64,000 bases of DNA. Source: a virus (lineage: Duplodnaviria; Caudoviricetes). Within the stretch, counting starts at the first letter, position 1, and each line of letters starts with the position of its first letter. A program made the position numbers and the translations under genes. The notes under the pieces are model-generated. The model was not told where the DNA came from. It searched no databases and saw only the letters and a list, made by a program, of their open reading frames with translations. Location of the stretch: IMG/VR virus record IMGVR_UViG_3300015360_000023, positions 32,001 to 96,000 of that record. One strand, given 5' to 3'. Shown here piece after piece: positions 1 to 9,485 of this stretch.

Positions 1-978
1 TCAGGATTAATTGGTAAAGTTAAAGACTATTTCGGTGCACATTTTAACTCTGAAAATAAGGCTGGAAGTGTTATTAACATGTTGGCACCTGGAGTTATCT
101 CAATTGGTTTGGGTGCTATGGGATTACCTTGGCTTGGTGCTATGTTGGCTTTTGCTGCAAGTATTTTTAATATCAATGTCAGCGAGATAATAGAAAGCAT
201 TTGGAATGGAATCAAAGGTATTGTTAGTTCTGGTAAGCAAACAAGTTCAGAACACATAGATAGTTTAGTTGATTCTTCAATTTCTTCTAACATTAAACCA
301 GCTACTCAAGATGAAGCTGATAAAGCAAAAACCTCTTTAGAAAGTAGAAACTCTGCTCAACTATTAAGAGATGCCAAATTGCTTAAAATGGCAATGATTG
401 CTTATGAAGAGTCTCCTGAAAATTTTGTTAAACAGGCAGGTCTTCTTGATTGGTTTTCTGGTAAGAAAGCCGGTGTAGGAAGTTTACTTGGCATAGTTCT
501 AAAATGGGTCTTTAAGATTGTCTTAGCTTCTGCTGGTTTCATGGTTGCCGGAGATATTGTTAACAAAGTTTTAGATCGACCAAATGCATTAGATGGAACT
601 TTGAAAGACGGCAAGCCAACAACCGAAACTTCTGTTGCCATGCCTGTTAATATTTCTAAGCAAACTAGATTTAAAGTCAACCCTGGCGCTCAAGATATTT
701 CTCATAAGGGAAGCAGTTGGATTGAAAATGTCCAGAACTCTGAAGGCGGCATTTCCAATATGCTTATGAGCTGGGCCAAAGAAATTTATCAAGGATTAAA
801 TGGTTTAGACTCCATTATCCAAAATACGGCAGGTTTTCAAGCCGCTGTTGAAGCCATCTCTTGGCAGAACCATTCCTCTGCTGGCGGACCTATAGTTTAT
901 ATTCCGCCTATGTTCACTTCTAAGAAGATGGTCGTCGACCATTTCATCGATGAAGTGGCCGAAAAAGCTCCTAAGTAA
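1..978 (+). CDS. 5'-truncated putative internal head/ejection protein with hydrophobic helices
   Basis: Frame is open from base 1 (TCA GGA TTA...) through ATG79, so the true start is upstream of the window; hydrophobic segments GVISIGLGAMGLPWLGAMLAFAASIF and GVGSLLGIVLKWVFKIVLASAGFMVAG. Confidence 0.6.
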   Translation, partial: SGLIGKVKDYFGAHFNSENKAGSVINMLAPGVISIGLGAMGLPWLGAMLAFAASIFNINVSEIIESIWNGIKGIVSSGKQTSSEHIDSLVDSSISSNIKPATQDEADKAKTSLESRNSAQLLRDAKLLKMAMIAYEESPENFVKQAGLLDWFSGKKAGVGSLLGIVLKWVFKIVLASAGFMVAGDIVNKVLDRPNALDGTLKDGKPTTETSVAMPVNISKQTRFKVNPGAQDISHKGSSWIENVQNSEGGISNMLMSWAKEIYQGLNGLDSIIQNTAGFQAAVEAISWQNHSSAGGPIVYIPPMFTSKKMVVDHFIDEVAEKAPK

Positions 979-1022
979 GGCATAGGAATGCATAATATTA
1001 CCAACTTTAATAGCGAGAAAAT

Positions 1023-2270
1023 ATGAAAAGATCTGAAATATTCGATTCTTTTGTCAAAATAGCCCAAGAAAAGGGAATGATCTCTAATGACTCTAGCGAG
1101 GCAAAGAAGAAGATCGAGCAAACTGGTAGAGCCGGTTCTGATGATATTTCTACTATTGAAGCTTTGTATGGTGTTAAACCTGATTCTGCCAAAGGCATGG
1201 ATTATAAGAATAACATTATGGAAGCAGCTCACCCTAATTCTGTTGTCGTCTCCCCATCTTACGATAAGTTAAATGGTTTAGTTGAGAACAACATTGAGCG
1301 TCAAAACATTTTATTGAACATCGTTAACAAACCAGTTAACGGATTATCTACTCAACACAAGTATGCTGAGACTCAGCTTCTATTAACTCTTGTCAGAATT
1401 GGCGATGAGCTTGATAAAAGAGATGAAAACGAATTACGTGCCCTTTCTGATGTATGCCTTGAGCAAACCAGTAAGAAATCTTTTACCAAGACTGCCCAGG
1501 ATCCAGTTACTTTAACGATCGCGGGTATTGCGGCTATTTTAGGTGGCGTTTATTTAAAGAATCACATGAGATTCATTAGTGATGGACTAGAATTAGATCA
1601 CGCTAAATTGACTGGTGAAATTGATGATATGCTTAATTCCAATTCAGATTGGGGCGTTGGATATCAATATAAGCAAGAATTCACCCAAACTATGCAACAA
1701 TTTAGAATGAAGCTAGATACTTTCTATAAAGTATATCAATCAGTTGTTCCAGTTATCAATGACATTGAAAAGCCAAGAGATAAGGCAGAACTTATTGCTA
1801 AATCTAAAGAACCAGATACTCAAACAGTTCAAAGGGCTATTGCCGCTTTTAGAACTGCGGCCGATAATTTAATTCCTGAAATCCAATCAATCATTAAGAA
1901 TTTTTCTAATGAAGGATTTAAGCAAAGACAAATTCAAGAAAAAGGTTTCTTATCAAACTTAGTTGACAGCACTCAAATTTTACATGGTGGCAAAGGATTA
2001 GTTGGTGATGACTTTGATGACGTCCGCCACGCTTTAGAAACATATCTATTAGATATGGGTAATCTAAAGAAGACCTTAGGTGATGTTGGCAGTGTTCAAC
2101 AAAAGATTACTAGTGATTTACAGGCTGCATCAGCTAAGAGTTCAGAACTATTTGGTGGTCCAGAAGCTGTTCTAAATCAAAAGAAGCCAGAAGAAGATCA
2201 AAGAACTGCTCTTCAAAAGGCAGAAGAAGAAGCCGTTAAACTAACTAAAAGTTTAGGATTTGGAAGTTAA
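1023..2270 (+). CDS. Putative internal head/ejection protein (415 aa, helical, KxA motifs)
   Basis: Long ORF just upstream of the capsid genes; FVKIA and KTA motifs; hydrophobic helix VTLTIAGIAAILGGVYL shortly after KTA. Confidence 0.5.
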   Translation: MKRSEIFDSFVKIAQEKGMISNDSSEAKKKIEQTGRAGSDDISTIEALYGVKPDSAKGMDYKNNIMEAAHPNSVVVSPSYDKLNGLVENNIERQNILLNIVNKPVNGLSTQHKYAETQLLLTLVRIGDELDKRDENELRALSDVCLEQTSKKSFTKTAQDPVTLTIAGIAAILGGVYLKNHMRFISDGLELDHAKLTGEIDDMLNSNSDWGVGYQYKQEFTQTMQQFRMKLDTFYKVYQSVVPVINDIEKPRDKAELIAKSKEPDTQTVQRAIAAFRTAADNLIPEIQSIIKNFSNEGFKQRQIQEKGFLSNLVDSTQILHGGKGLVGDDFDDVRHALETYLLDMGNLKKTLGDVGSVQQKITSDLQAASAKSSELFGGPEAVLNQKKPEEDQRTALQKAEEEAVKLTKSLGFGS

Positions 2271-2327
2271 TCTGGGCATAATGTTTTATTTAAGTAATAT
2301 AAGCGTCTTTTCTATCTGAAAACAGGT

Positions 2328-2341
2328 AATAAAAGAATATG
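2328..2341 (+). promoter_or_regulatory. Putative late promoter motif (AATAA-AAGA-ATAT) for decoration/capsid operon
   Basis: Matches the recurrent intergenic AATWN-N4-RHAT motif. Confidence 0.45.
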
Positions 2342-2417
2342 CTCTATAAGATTTTGTAAGTTAAAGGTGTAAGTAACCATTGTCGCGGGTTTGATAGCGA
2401 TACATTAGGAATATAAA

Positions 2418-3101
2418 ATGTCTCTAAAACTACTACAACCAGGTACCCAACCATTGGGTCAATATGACGGTCTTGACTCTGAAGTTCTTACTCTAAAGGG
2501 TGGAGAAGTTGTTACTTTAGTTAACAGTGCTCTATCTGCAAATGATAAGGCTGCTAAGGATTCTTTCGACGGTTACTCTAACCCAAGCGGTCTTCCAGGT
2601 CGTCCAGTTGTCACTAAGACTCTTAGCGCAACTTCTCGTCCATTGTTCTTGGCTGATGAAGGTATCACTGGATACGGCACTCTATTCGGCTCTGTAGTCG
2701 GTGGAACTGTTGGTCAAGTTGTTACTGGCGGTGCGGTCCTTGGACCTCACACTGCAACCGGCTCTGGCAAGGTAACTTGCTGGGATAAACCAGGTCTTTA
2801 CGCAGTCTCCCTTGATGCATGCGATACAAACGCAAGCACGGGTCTTCAACCAACTCATGCAACTCTAACCACGGGTATGCCACTTTACTTCACCTCTGCT
2901 GGTCTATTGACTCCAACCATTGCTTCCTCTCCAGGTGGCGCAGGTCCAGTCGTAGCTCGCTTCGTCGACTTCGAGACCTCCGGTTCTCTAGTTACTACTC
3001 AATCCAGCATGGTCGCTGCCCTAAACAGCCCATCCGGTCAAGCAGCAACTACTAGAAGCTTTGCATTCGCAACCTTCTATTTCGCACCACCAGTTGCCTA
3101 A
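2418..3101 (+). CDS. Capsid decoration/cement protein (227 aa)
   Basis: Immediately upstream of the MCP; AGGA SD; small beta-rich Gly/Thr/Ala-rich protein; codon usage like the MCP. Confidence 0.7.
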   Translation: MSLKLLQPGTQPLGQYDGLDSEVLTLKGGEVVTLVNSALSANDKAAKDSFDGYSNPSGLPGRPVVTKTLSATSRPLFLADEGITGYGTLFGSVVGGTVGQVVTGGAVLGPHTATGSGKVTCWDKPGLYAVSLDACDTNASTGLQPTHATLTTGMPLYFTSAGLLTPTIASSPGGAGPVVARFVDFETSGSLVTTQSSMVAALNSPSGQAATTRSFAFATFYFAPPVA

Positions 3102-3117
3102 GTAACTGAATAATTCA

Positions 3118-3167
3118 AGCGTTTCTTGGATTGAGTTTCAAGAAACGCTCTATCACACGCGAGTGTG
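3118..3167 (+). promoter_or_regulatory. Structured intergenic leader between decoration and MCP genes (two hairpins)
   Basis: AGCGTTTCTTG(3118-3128)/CAAGAAACGCT(3139-3149) perfect 11-bp stem; CACAC-GCGA-GTGTG (3154-3167) GNRA hairpin. Confidence 0.6.
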
Positions 3168-3208
3168 TCGCTGGTAAGACTGGCAAAAATTCCACTAGGA
3201 GATTATTT

Positions 3209-4222
3209 ATGAATATGTTTTCCAACAAAGGCGAAATGAACGCCTCATCCCTTAAGGATGCTCTACAAACCTTAGTTAAGTATGCAGCCGTTCTTGAAGA
3301 GAACACTCCATCTAACATGGGTCTTGCAGGTCAAGCTTCTTTGAGTGACGACAAGCGCGATGAGCTTATCTCCCGCGCAATTATGACTCAAGACGGCAAG
3401 ATTGCTCTAGCTCAGGCTATGGCAAACCCAATCCGTAGAAACTTGGACTACCATGGTATTGCTCGTAGAGCACTTGTAGTCGATCCATTGCCACAGGGTG
3501 CAATGCCAACTTACGATAGAGATATCGACGTTGCCGCAGTTGTTATCTCCAGCAACGGTACTGGCCCAGAGTCCAGAGTATTCGGCGACAGAGTTGTCGT
3601 TCCAGAATTCGAAATCTACGCAAACCCAACTGTTAGAATCGCAGAAGTCAAGCGTCGTAGATTCAACGTTATTGACAGAGCAGTTCAAAAGGCTCGTCAA
3701 GAAATCATGGCACAAGAAGATGCAAACATCTTCGCAGCTTTGGATGCAGCATCCTCAGTTGAAAACACCCTAACCGACATTGCTGATGCAGGCCTTCTAA
3801 AGAGAGACCTTGTCGAAATCAAGCAACAGATCGACCGTTGGGACCTTGTTACTACCAAGTACTTCATGAACATCAATGAGTTCACCGATATCCTTAAGTG
3901 GGGATCTGGTGGCGGTCAAGGTGTTGGTGGTGGTGACTTCGATCCAGTAACTATGAGAGAAGTTCTACAAACTGGTCTTTACGCTCACATCTGGGGTACT
4001 GACATTATGGTATCTAAGATCGTTCCACCAGGAACCATCTACGGTGCAGCAGACCCAGAGTTCGTTGGTGTTATGCCAATTAGACAAGACATTGAAGTTC
4101 TACCAGCAGACGAGCCAAAGCAATTGAAGCTTGGATGGGTAGTTTCTGAAATCATCGGTATCGCTATCGTTAACCCACGTGGTTGCGCAGCCGGCCGTAA
4201 GTCAGTTGTCGTCGGAGCCTAA
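3209..4222 (+). CDS. Major capsid protein, HK97-like fold (337 aa)
   Basis: Start moved from TTG3131 to ATG3209 (AGGAG SD at 3197-3201); NPIRRNLDYHGIARRALVVDPLPQGA-type N-arm and typical MCP size; strong terminator follows. Confidence 0.88.
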   Translation: MNMFSNKGEMNASSLKDALQTLVKYAAVLEENTPSNMGLAGQASLSDDKRDELISRAIMTQDGKIALAQAMANPIRRNLDYHGIARRALVVDPLPQGAMPTYDRDIDVAAVVISSNGTGPESRVFGDRVVVPEFEIYANPTVRIAEVKRRRFNVIDRAVQKARQEIMAQEDANIFAALDAASSVENTLTDIADAGLLKRDLVEIKQQIDRWDLVTTKYFMNINEFTDILKWGSGGGQGVGGGDFDPVTMREVLQTGLYAHIWGTDIMVSKIVPPGTIYGAADPEFVGVMPIRQDIEVLPADEPKQLKLGWVVSEIIGIAIVNPRGCAAGRKSVVVGA

Positions 4223-4244
4223 TAAGCCTGATTGAATAAGTTCA

Positions 4245-4285
4245 AAACGCCTTCAAGCGAAAGCTTGAGGGCGTTTCTATTTGTG
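4245..4285 (+). terminator. Rho-independent terminator after MCP
   Basis: AAACGCCTTCAAGC-GAAA-GCTTGAGGGCGTTT 14-bp stem (one G-U) followed by CTATTTGTG. Confidence 0.85.
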
Positions 4286-4288
4286 GTC

Positions 4289-4302
4289 AATAACTAAGCA
4301 TA
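4289..4302 (+). promoter_or_regulatory. Putative late promoter motif AATAA-CTAA-GCATA
   Basis: Motif ends 6 nt before ATG4309; no SD present. Confidence 0.5.
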
Positions 4303-4308
4303 ATCATT

Positions 4309-4845
4309 ATGAGCATTACTTTTGATTCTGATATCGAACGCGACATGGAAACAAAGACCGAGCCCTGTATGTGCGCTCAAATGGCCGAGCATTGGTCCGA
4401 TTTTTATGAAGGTCGAGATACTCCTGCCATCCGCGATAACCTCAAACAAGAAGCTAACCCAGGCTGCTTTCATTGTAAAGGGTCTGGTATTGAAAAAGTT
4501 GAACATGAAATTAATGCTCCAACACTTAATCTATCTAATATGAATGCTGCTGTTCTTTTTGATATTCTAGGTATCAATGGTGAGAAACATGAATTAACTA
4601 TTCCAGAAGCTCGCCGTGCTATTATTAGATCACAAGCTCGCGGTTCTTTAGAACAATTTGTTCGTCCAGAAAGAACAGAATACGGAAAACCAAGAGAAAT
4701 TTCTCCTGGAGTTGTAGATTTAAAACCGTTACGCCTCTTCGAGAGGGGCTTAACCAAAGAACAAATTCAGGCTTACATAGTAAGGTTTGCTGATTTTGTT
4801 AGTCAAGTAACTCGAAGAGGCGCTACGAGGATTTTCTGGGGCTAA
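4309..4845 (+). CDS. Hypothetical protein with CxC/CxxC zinc-ribbon (178 aa)
   Basis: CMC...CFHCKG motif; convergent with cca, 4-nt overlap. Confidence 0.7.
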   Translation: MSITFDSDIERDMETKTEPCMCAQMAEHWSDFYEGRDTPAIRDNLKQEANPGCFHCKGSGIEKVEHEINAPTLNLSNMNAAVLFDILGINGEKHELTIPEARRAIIRSQARGSLEQFVRPERTEYGKPREISPGVVDLKPLRLFERGLTKEQIQAYIVRFADFVSQVTRRGATRIFWG

Positions 4846-6074
4846 ATTGAAGTCGCGTAATCCAGTAGGAAACTGGAAGTATTGTTCTCTGGATGTCGCA
4901 AAACTTCCAAATAACATTCCTCCAAAATTCTCTTGATCTCGGGACCTGGCTTGACGCCAATTAGCATCAAATCATTCCCATTTAGCCGCAATTCTCTACG
5001 GGCCAAGACCGTAACTGATTGGTACTTCGTAAAGAGCGCCCTAGATTGGTATCCCTCAGCCTCAGTCAATTGTAGAAATTGTTCCAAGGTGGATTCCCAA
5101 GCTTCGGGGCTATGGTTCTTGACGACCGCCATAAAGCTCTTATACGCAGATTCCGTATCCTTCTCTCGAAAAGCATGATACCGCTCATGCAATTGCAAAA
5201 GAAATACTACTTTCTTAATTTCTCTATTGGAGAACTTGAGGTTGGTTAGTTCCAATTCTGCAATTGAGGAAGGATAGTTGCTGTACATGAAGGCTAGACG
5301 AGTTTCCAGTTCACCTGTAGCTCTATCTTGCCCTGCACGGAATAGCCCATCACTTGAAAGTAGAGGGCAAGTAATGTAAATTGCTCCGCATTCCTTCAAT
5401 AGGTCAAGACCTACCTTGGCATAGGGCGCCATCAGCGTCTTGCAGAGTTCGTCTGCAACTCGTTCCTTTGATACCTTTTCCAAGGTATTAATAGATTCAC
5501 ACATTCCTTCAAACGTTGCTTGTTCTACATCATAGCCAAATCTAGCCGCAAAACGGCAAACTCGCATGATGCGCAATCCGTCTTCTTGGAAGCGTGCTTG
5601 AGCAGATCCAACGGCCCTTAAAACTCCTGCTTCTAGGTCTCGCATACCTCCATAAGGGTCGGCAATTCTATCAGCAATTGGGTCATAAGCAATAGCATTG
5701 ATCGTCAAGTCTCGGCGGGCCAAGTCTTGCTCTACATTCAGAACAAAGAAGACTTCATCGGGCCTTCGGCCGTCAGCATAAGCCCCCTCAATTCGGAAGG
5801 TAGTAACTTCAAAATGGTTTTCAACACCTTCACCTAGAACCACCGTTACCGTACCATGTTGTAGGCCGGTTGGAAGGGTCTTGGGAAACAGCGCCATCAC
5901 CTTTTGAGGAGTGGCATCTGTCGTAATATCCCAGTCCTTTGGAGTCTGCCCGAGAAGCATATCTCGAACGCATCCACCTACGATGTAGGCTTGGTAGCCC
6001 TCAGCGCTAAGAACGCGGCAAACTTCCAGAGCCCCTGGGTTTACGTGCTGTTGTGAAATATTCGTGTTTTCCAT
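4842..6074 (-). CDS. cca: Class II CCA-adding tRNA nucleotidyltransferase
   Basis: VGGCVRD, DWD (DxD), EVTTFR, DLARRDLTINA, EDGLRIMR, ERVADE and C-terminal LNGNDL...GxKPGPEI motifs; start is ATG6074 (leaderless) or ATG6083. Confidence 0.93.
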   Translation of the reverse strand: MENTNISQQHVNPGALEVCRVLSAEGYQAYIVGGCVRDMLLGQTPKDWDITTDATPQKVMALFPKTLPTGLQHGTVTVVLGEGVENHFEVTTFRIEGAYADGRRPDEVFFVLNVEQDLARRDLTINAIAYDPIADRIADPYGGMRDLEAGVLRAVGSAQARFQEDGLRIMRVCRFAARFGYDVEQATFEGMCESINTLEKVSKERVADELCKTLMAPYAKVGLDLLKECGAIYITCPLLSSDGLFRAGQDRATGELETRLAFMYSNYPSSIAELELTNLKFSNREIKKVVFLLQLHERYHAFREKDTESAYKSFMAVVKNHSPEAWESTLEQFLQLTEAEGYQSRALFTKYQSVTVLARRELRLNGNDLMLIGVKPGPEIKRILEECYLEVLRHPENNTSSFLLDYATSI

Positions 6075-6081
6075 AGCGCGC

Positions 6082-6109
6082 ATGATAAATCCTAAAAAAA
6101 TGATGTCAA
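6082..6109 (-). promoter_or_regulatory. Sigma70-type promoter for cca (TTGACA-N16-TATCAT)
   Basis: -35 at 6109-6104, -10 at 6087-6082, then 7 nt to ATG6074, the geometry of a leaderless transcript. Confidence 0.55.
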
Positions 6110-6140
6110 CGGGGTCGTGATAATTATCCCGGCAGGTTGC

Positions 6141-6154
6141 AATAATCAGGTATA
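6141..6154 (+). promoter_or_regulatory. Putative late promoter motif AATAA-TCAG-GTATA
   Basis: Recurrent intergenic motif, upstream of ATG6183. Confidence 0.5.
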
Positions 6155-6182
6155 TTATTGATCCTATACTGGAAAGAGATGC

Positions 6183-6887
6183 ATGAAACTAGATAACTTT
6201 ACAGAATTGTACGAGCTTGTTAGTAGTGGAATAGAACATATTCCAGCTAGAAAACAAGCTATGCGTCTAAGAAAAGCAGGCCTAGAGTCTTTTGCTTCTG
6301 AGACAGGTTTCAAGAAATTAGCTTTCGATACTAGAAGAATTGATCAAGAAACTGAATATAATCCTCGTAGAGGTCTTCAGAACTATAGCCGTAGTGAAGC
6401 TTTTATTACTGAAGCTGTTAGTCAGAAGCTAGCAAATCTTTCTAAACTGCGCAATGTCTTAGAGGGACTACGCCACGATTTTGGTAAACAACATCAATGG
6501 CAGGACAGTAATGCGCGTGTTCTACTATCAACTCTTGATAAAGGTTTAAGAACTGGTATTGATGATGGTGATTATGCTACATCTCAACCGGCTCAAGGTA
6601 GCCTTAACTACATTGAAGAACTTCTTCATGTTAGATATAGGTTGGGGTTTGATGATCTTGTTAGATTGGGTGAAAATGATTTAAGAAGAGTTATTTTATC
6701 TAAGGACGAAGAGTTAACTGAGAGGGATGCGCATAAGACAACTATTACTAAAAGTGATGTTGCTTCTCAGACTTATGATACACTAATGGAAAAATTATTT
6801 GGTGGTGTTCGTGCAACCGCTGATAATCCAGAGGTTGAAAGAACAGTTACTATTACTATCAAAGACAAATTTGTTGCGGAGAAATAA
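6183..6887 (+). CDS. Hypothetical, putative internal head protein (234 aa)
   Basis: Charged helical protein with KQA and FKKLA motifs. Confidence 0.55.
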   Translation: MKLDNFTELYELVSSGIEHIPARKQAMRLRKAGLESFASETGFKKLAFDTRRIDQETEYNPRRGLQNYSRSEAFITEAVSQKLANLSKLRNVLEGLRHDFGKQHQWQDSNARVLLSTLDKGLRTGIDDGDYATSQPAQGSLNYIEELLHVRYRLGFDDLVRLGENDLRRVILSKDEELTERDAHKTTITKSDVASQTYDTLMEKLFGGVRATADNPEVERTVTITIKDKFVAEK

Positions 6888-7640
6888 ATGAGCAGCGAAA
6901 GTGAATTTGGATATTCATTAAAATATAACACACATTTTATTGTAAGGAATATTACGGGGACACCTGCATCTATGCTTCATCTACAGGGAGATAATCCCGC
7001 TATTCCGGAACCATATAGATCTGCTATTCATTATTTATCTCCTAAAAAAGCAGTAAGTATTTTTAATTATCCTATTAACCCAGGGCAGACTAGGGATTTA
7101 TTACAGATTCCTGGAATTCAAGAATCTGATATTAGAGCGTCTCTTCTTAAAGGCGTAATAAGACACAAACTTTTATGTGGAGACATTGAGTTAGTATCTA
7201 GTAATATTGATCTTCTTCAAGCTAGCCCAGAACAGCGCGACTGGCTTCATAGTTTTGGATTTGATGACGGTGTAATGGTCAAGTGCGATCAATTACATGA
7301 AGATGTATTTACGTGTATCGATGGCTACATCACAGCAAATCATCCAGGTGGTGGCGGGACTCTTTATTATTTATGGAGACAAGAAATTCCATTAATTGGA
7401 TTAAGAAATGGCATTAATAGAACATTCTTTACACCAGATAAGTTTCTTAATGGCTTAACACTAGCTGGAGATCGTTTTCATATTCAAATAAAGCATAATG
7501 GTAAAGATTTATATGAGGGAATTGATTATACTATCAGTGAGTCTTCTGGTCCTGGAACTGGGTATGACACAATCAATATGATCTCTCTAACGCCAGTCGG
7601 CCATAGTTTATTGTTTGCTACATATGCCATAACTGCATAA
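6888..7640 (+). CDS. Putative virion structural protein (250 aa)
   Basis: C-terminal G.RNG.N.TF...NGK.LYEG.DYTI beta-domain typical of phage surface proteins; N-terminal FIVRNI region resembles 18523-18936. Confidence 0.55.
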   Translation: MSSESEFGYSLKYNTHFIVRNITGTPASMLHLQGDNPAIPEPYRSAIHYLSPKKAVSIFNYPINPGQTRDLLQIPGIQESDIRASLLKGVIRHKLLCGDIELVSSNIDLLQASPEQRDWLHSFGFDDGVMVKCDQLHEDVFTCIDGYITANHPGGGGTLYYLWRQEIPLIGLRNGINRTFFTPDKFLNGLTLAGDRFHIQIKHNGKDLYEGIDYTISESSGPGTGYDTINMISLTPVGHSLLFATYAITA

Positions 7641-7668
7641 TTAGGCAATCAATTTGTAAGAATAATAT

Positions 7669-7682
7669 AATAATTAGGTATA
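7669..7682 (+). promoter_or_regulatory. Putative late promoter motif AATAA-TTAG-GTATA (variant copy at 7651-7664)
   Basis: Recurrent intergenic motif. Confidence 0.5.
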
Positions 7683-7738
7683 GTAGTACATAATTAAGAA
7701 GATTTGATGTAAGTCAACCTCGTAAATAGGATACAACA

Positions 7739-9235
7739 ATGGTTTCAACTCGTTTAAATGCATTGGACCAAGCGCTAGATATCGCTGGTTCACTTACTCA
7801 AAGCGCTACCGCTACGTTAGCTAACGAACCTCTTGGTTTGGGAGCTGCTCTTTCCGGTCAAACTGGCGCAACTGCCTCCATCACCACCTTCTCCGGTGGT
7901 TTGGTTACTTTCACTGGTCTAACTGGTATGACCGCTGCTTCCAGAGGTAATTTCCTTACCGTTACTGGTGCGGCTTCTGCTGGCAACAATGGTACTTTCT
8001 TAATCGCTGAATTCGTTTCAGCAACCTCTGTCCGTGTTGCTAACGCATCCGGTGTTGCTTCCGATGCAAACAGCGGCGCCATCTCTTGGACCGAAAGACA
8101 ACCATACGCTCTAGAAGACGACCTAAACTTTGTTCGTACTGACCGTGCAGCAATCAAGGGTGTCGCATTCTCCGCAGCTATTCCAACTTATCAGCGTCCA
8201 ACCGCAGTTGGTACTAACGTTCCAGCTAACTTATCCAACATCGCAAGCAAGACTTTAGATGCGCACGCATGGGTTATCAATAGAAAGTTCCCTGCTGCAA
8301 CTGTTGCTTCTACTGATACTTTTGATACTATCACTAGCGGCGGCAACTTAAAGCATGCTGATGCAACTAATAGAACTGGTGTTCCTATCCAGGACGGTGC
8401 AGACGCAGGCGCTCACGAAGCTACTTACGTAGAAATCATCAATCCAGCAACTGAAGCAGCCCTTCAAATTGTTGGTGGTGCTAATGACGGTTACAGAATC
8501 TTCGGTCGTACCAGAGCAGGAGCATCTACCTCTCCAAACAGCGTAGAAATTGAATTTAGAGCAGTTCCACCAGGTTCTCCTCTATCTGCCTCTATTGCTT
8601 ATACTTGGGAAGCTTATCAACCAACTACAGTTGACTATTACTACGGTTTCCGTGAGAGAGCAGACCAACTAACTGAAACTTCATTTAGAACTGTATTGAG
8701 CAACGGTATCGTTGGTGATGCGGACATGCAACAAGATATTAACGACATTCGTACCACCGTTGGTATTGGTGATAACGTTACTAGCTTGGCTGGCCTTCTA
8801 ACTAACACGGGTAACTTCTTCCCATTCGTCAACTTACCAGACGGCACTCCATCAGTTGTTGAAGCTTTCAACACTCTTAATGCTCAGATTGGTAACCGTG
8901 ACTACACTGGTGCTATTCTTGTAGACGGTCAGACCATCACTGCATCCTTGCAAGCATTATCTAACGCTATCGCTGGTGCAACGGTTGTTCGTACAGTTGA
9001 ACGTCTTGTAGCAGATATTAACGCAGGCACTCCTCATACCATTCCAGGAGCACAGACCTATACTGTTGACGGTTCCTTTAACGGTCAAAACATGTGGGTT
9101 TTCGTTCGCGGAACCTTACAAGATCCTGGCCCAGTTGTTGATTATAATAACTATGAAGAGACCAGTACTACAAGCGTTACTTTCTATGCTAAAGTAAAAG
9201 CTTTCGATCATATTAACTATATGATCTACGCCTGA
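7739..9235 (+). CDS. Abundant virion surface/whisker-like structural protein (498 aa)
   Basis: Ala/Thr/Gly-rich beta domains; AGGA SD; capsid-like codon usage. Confidence 0.6.
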   Translation: MVSTRLNALDQALDIAGSLTQSATATLANEPLGLGAALSGQTGATASITTFSGGLVTFTGLTGMTAASRGNFLTVTGAASAGNNGTFLIAEFVSATSVRVANASGVASDANSGAISWTERQPYALEDDLNFVRTDRAAIKGVAFSAAIPTYQRPTAVGTNVPANLSNIASKTLDAHAWVINRKFPAATVASTDTFDTITSGGNLKHADATNRTGVPIQDGADAGAHEATYVEIINPATEAALQIVGGANDGYRIFGRTRAGASTSPNSVEIEFRAVPPGSPLSASIAYTWEAYQPTTVDYYYGFRERADQLTETSFRTVLSNGIVGDADMQQDINDIRTTVGIGDNVTSLAGLLTNTGNFFPFVNLPDGTPSVVEAFNTLNAQIGNRDYTGAILVDGQTITASLQALSNAIAGATVVRTVERLVADINAGTPHTIPGAQTYTVDGSFNGQNMWVFVRGTLQDPGPVVDYNNYEETSTTSVTFYAKVKAFDHINYMIYA

Positions 9236-9243
9236 TATAGTAT

Positions 9244-9483
9244 GTGAGTATGGATAAGCCAGATCTCACAATTACACAAGTTGAAGATCCCCTAAACAGG
9301 TGGTGTTCTTCCGGTCATGTCGCTCCCGAAACTTTTAAGTTAGAGGGGCCAGATGGCAAGGAAGGACCCACCCGTTTTTTTAAGATTGGTGGACATGGGA
9401 TAAATGGTATTTATTGTGAGCCTTGCTTATGTGTAGCAAGTCATTTAGGTAAAATTAAAAGGGAAGCTAATAAAGGTAAGTAA
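9244..9483 (+). CDS. Small Cys/His zinc-finger-like protein
   Basis: CSSGH...CEPCLC; start is GTG9244 or ATG9250. Confidence 0.55.
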   Translation: MSMDKPDLTITQVEDPLNRWCSSGHVAPETFKLEGPDGKEGPTRFFKIGGHGINGIYCEPCLCVASHLGKIKREANKGK

Positions 9484-9485
9484 TC

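Noticed and set aside
3131-3208. TTG3131 as MCP start with an N-terminal extension
   Set aside because: It lies within the hairpin loop with no SD, whereas ATG3209 has a well-spaced AGGAG
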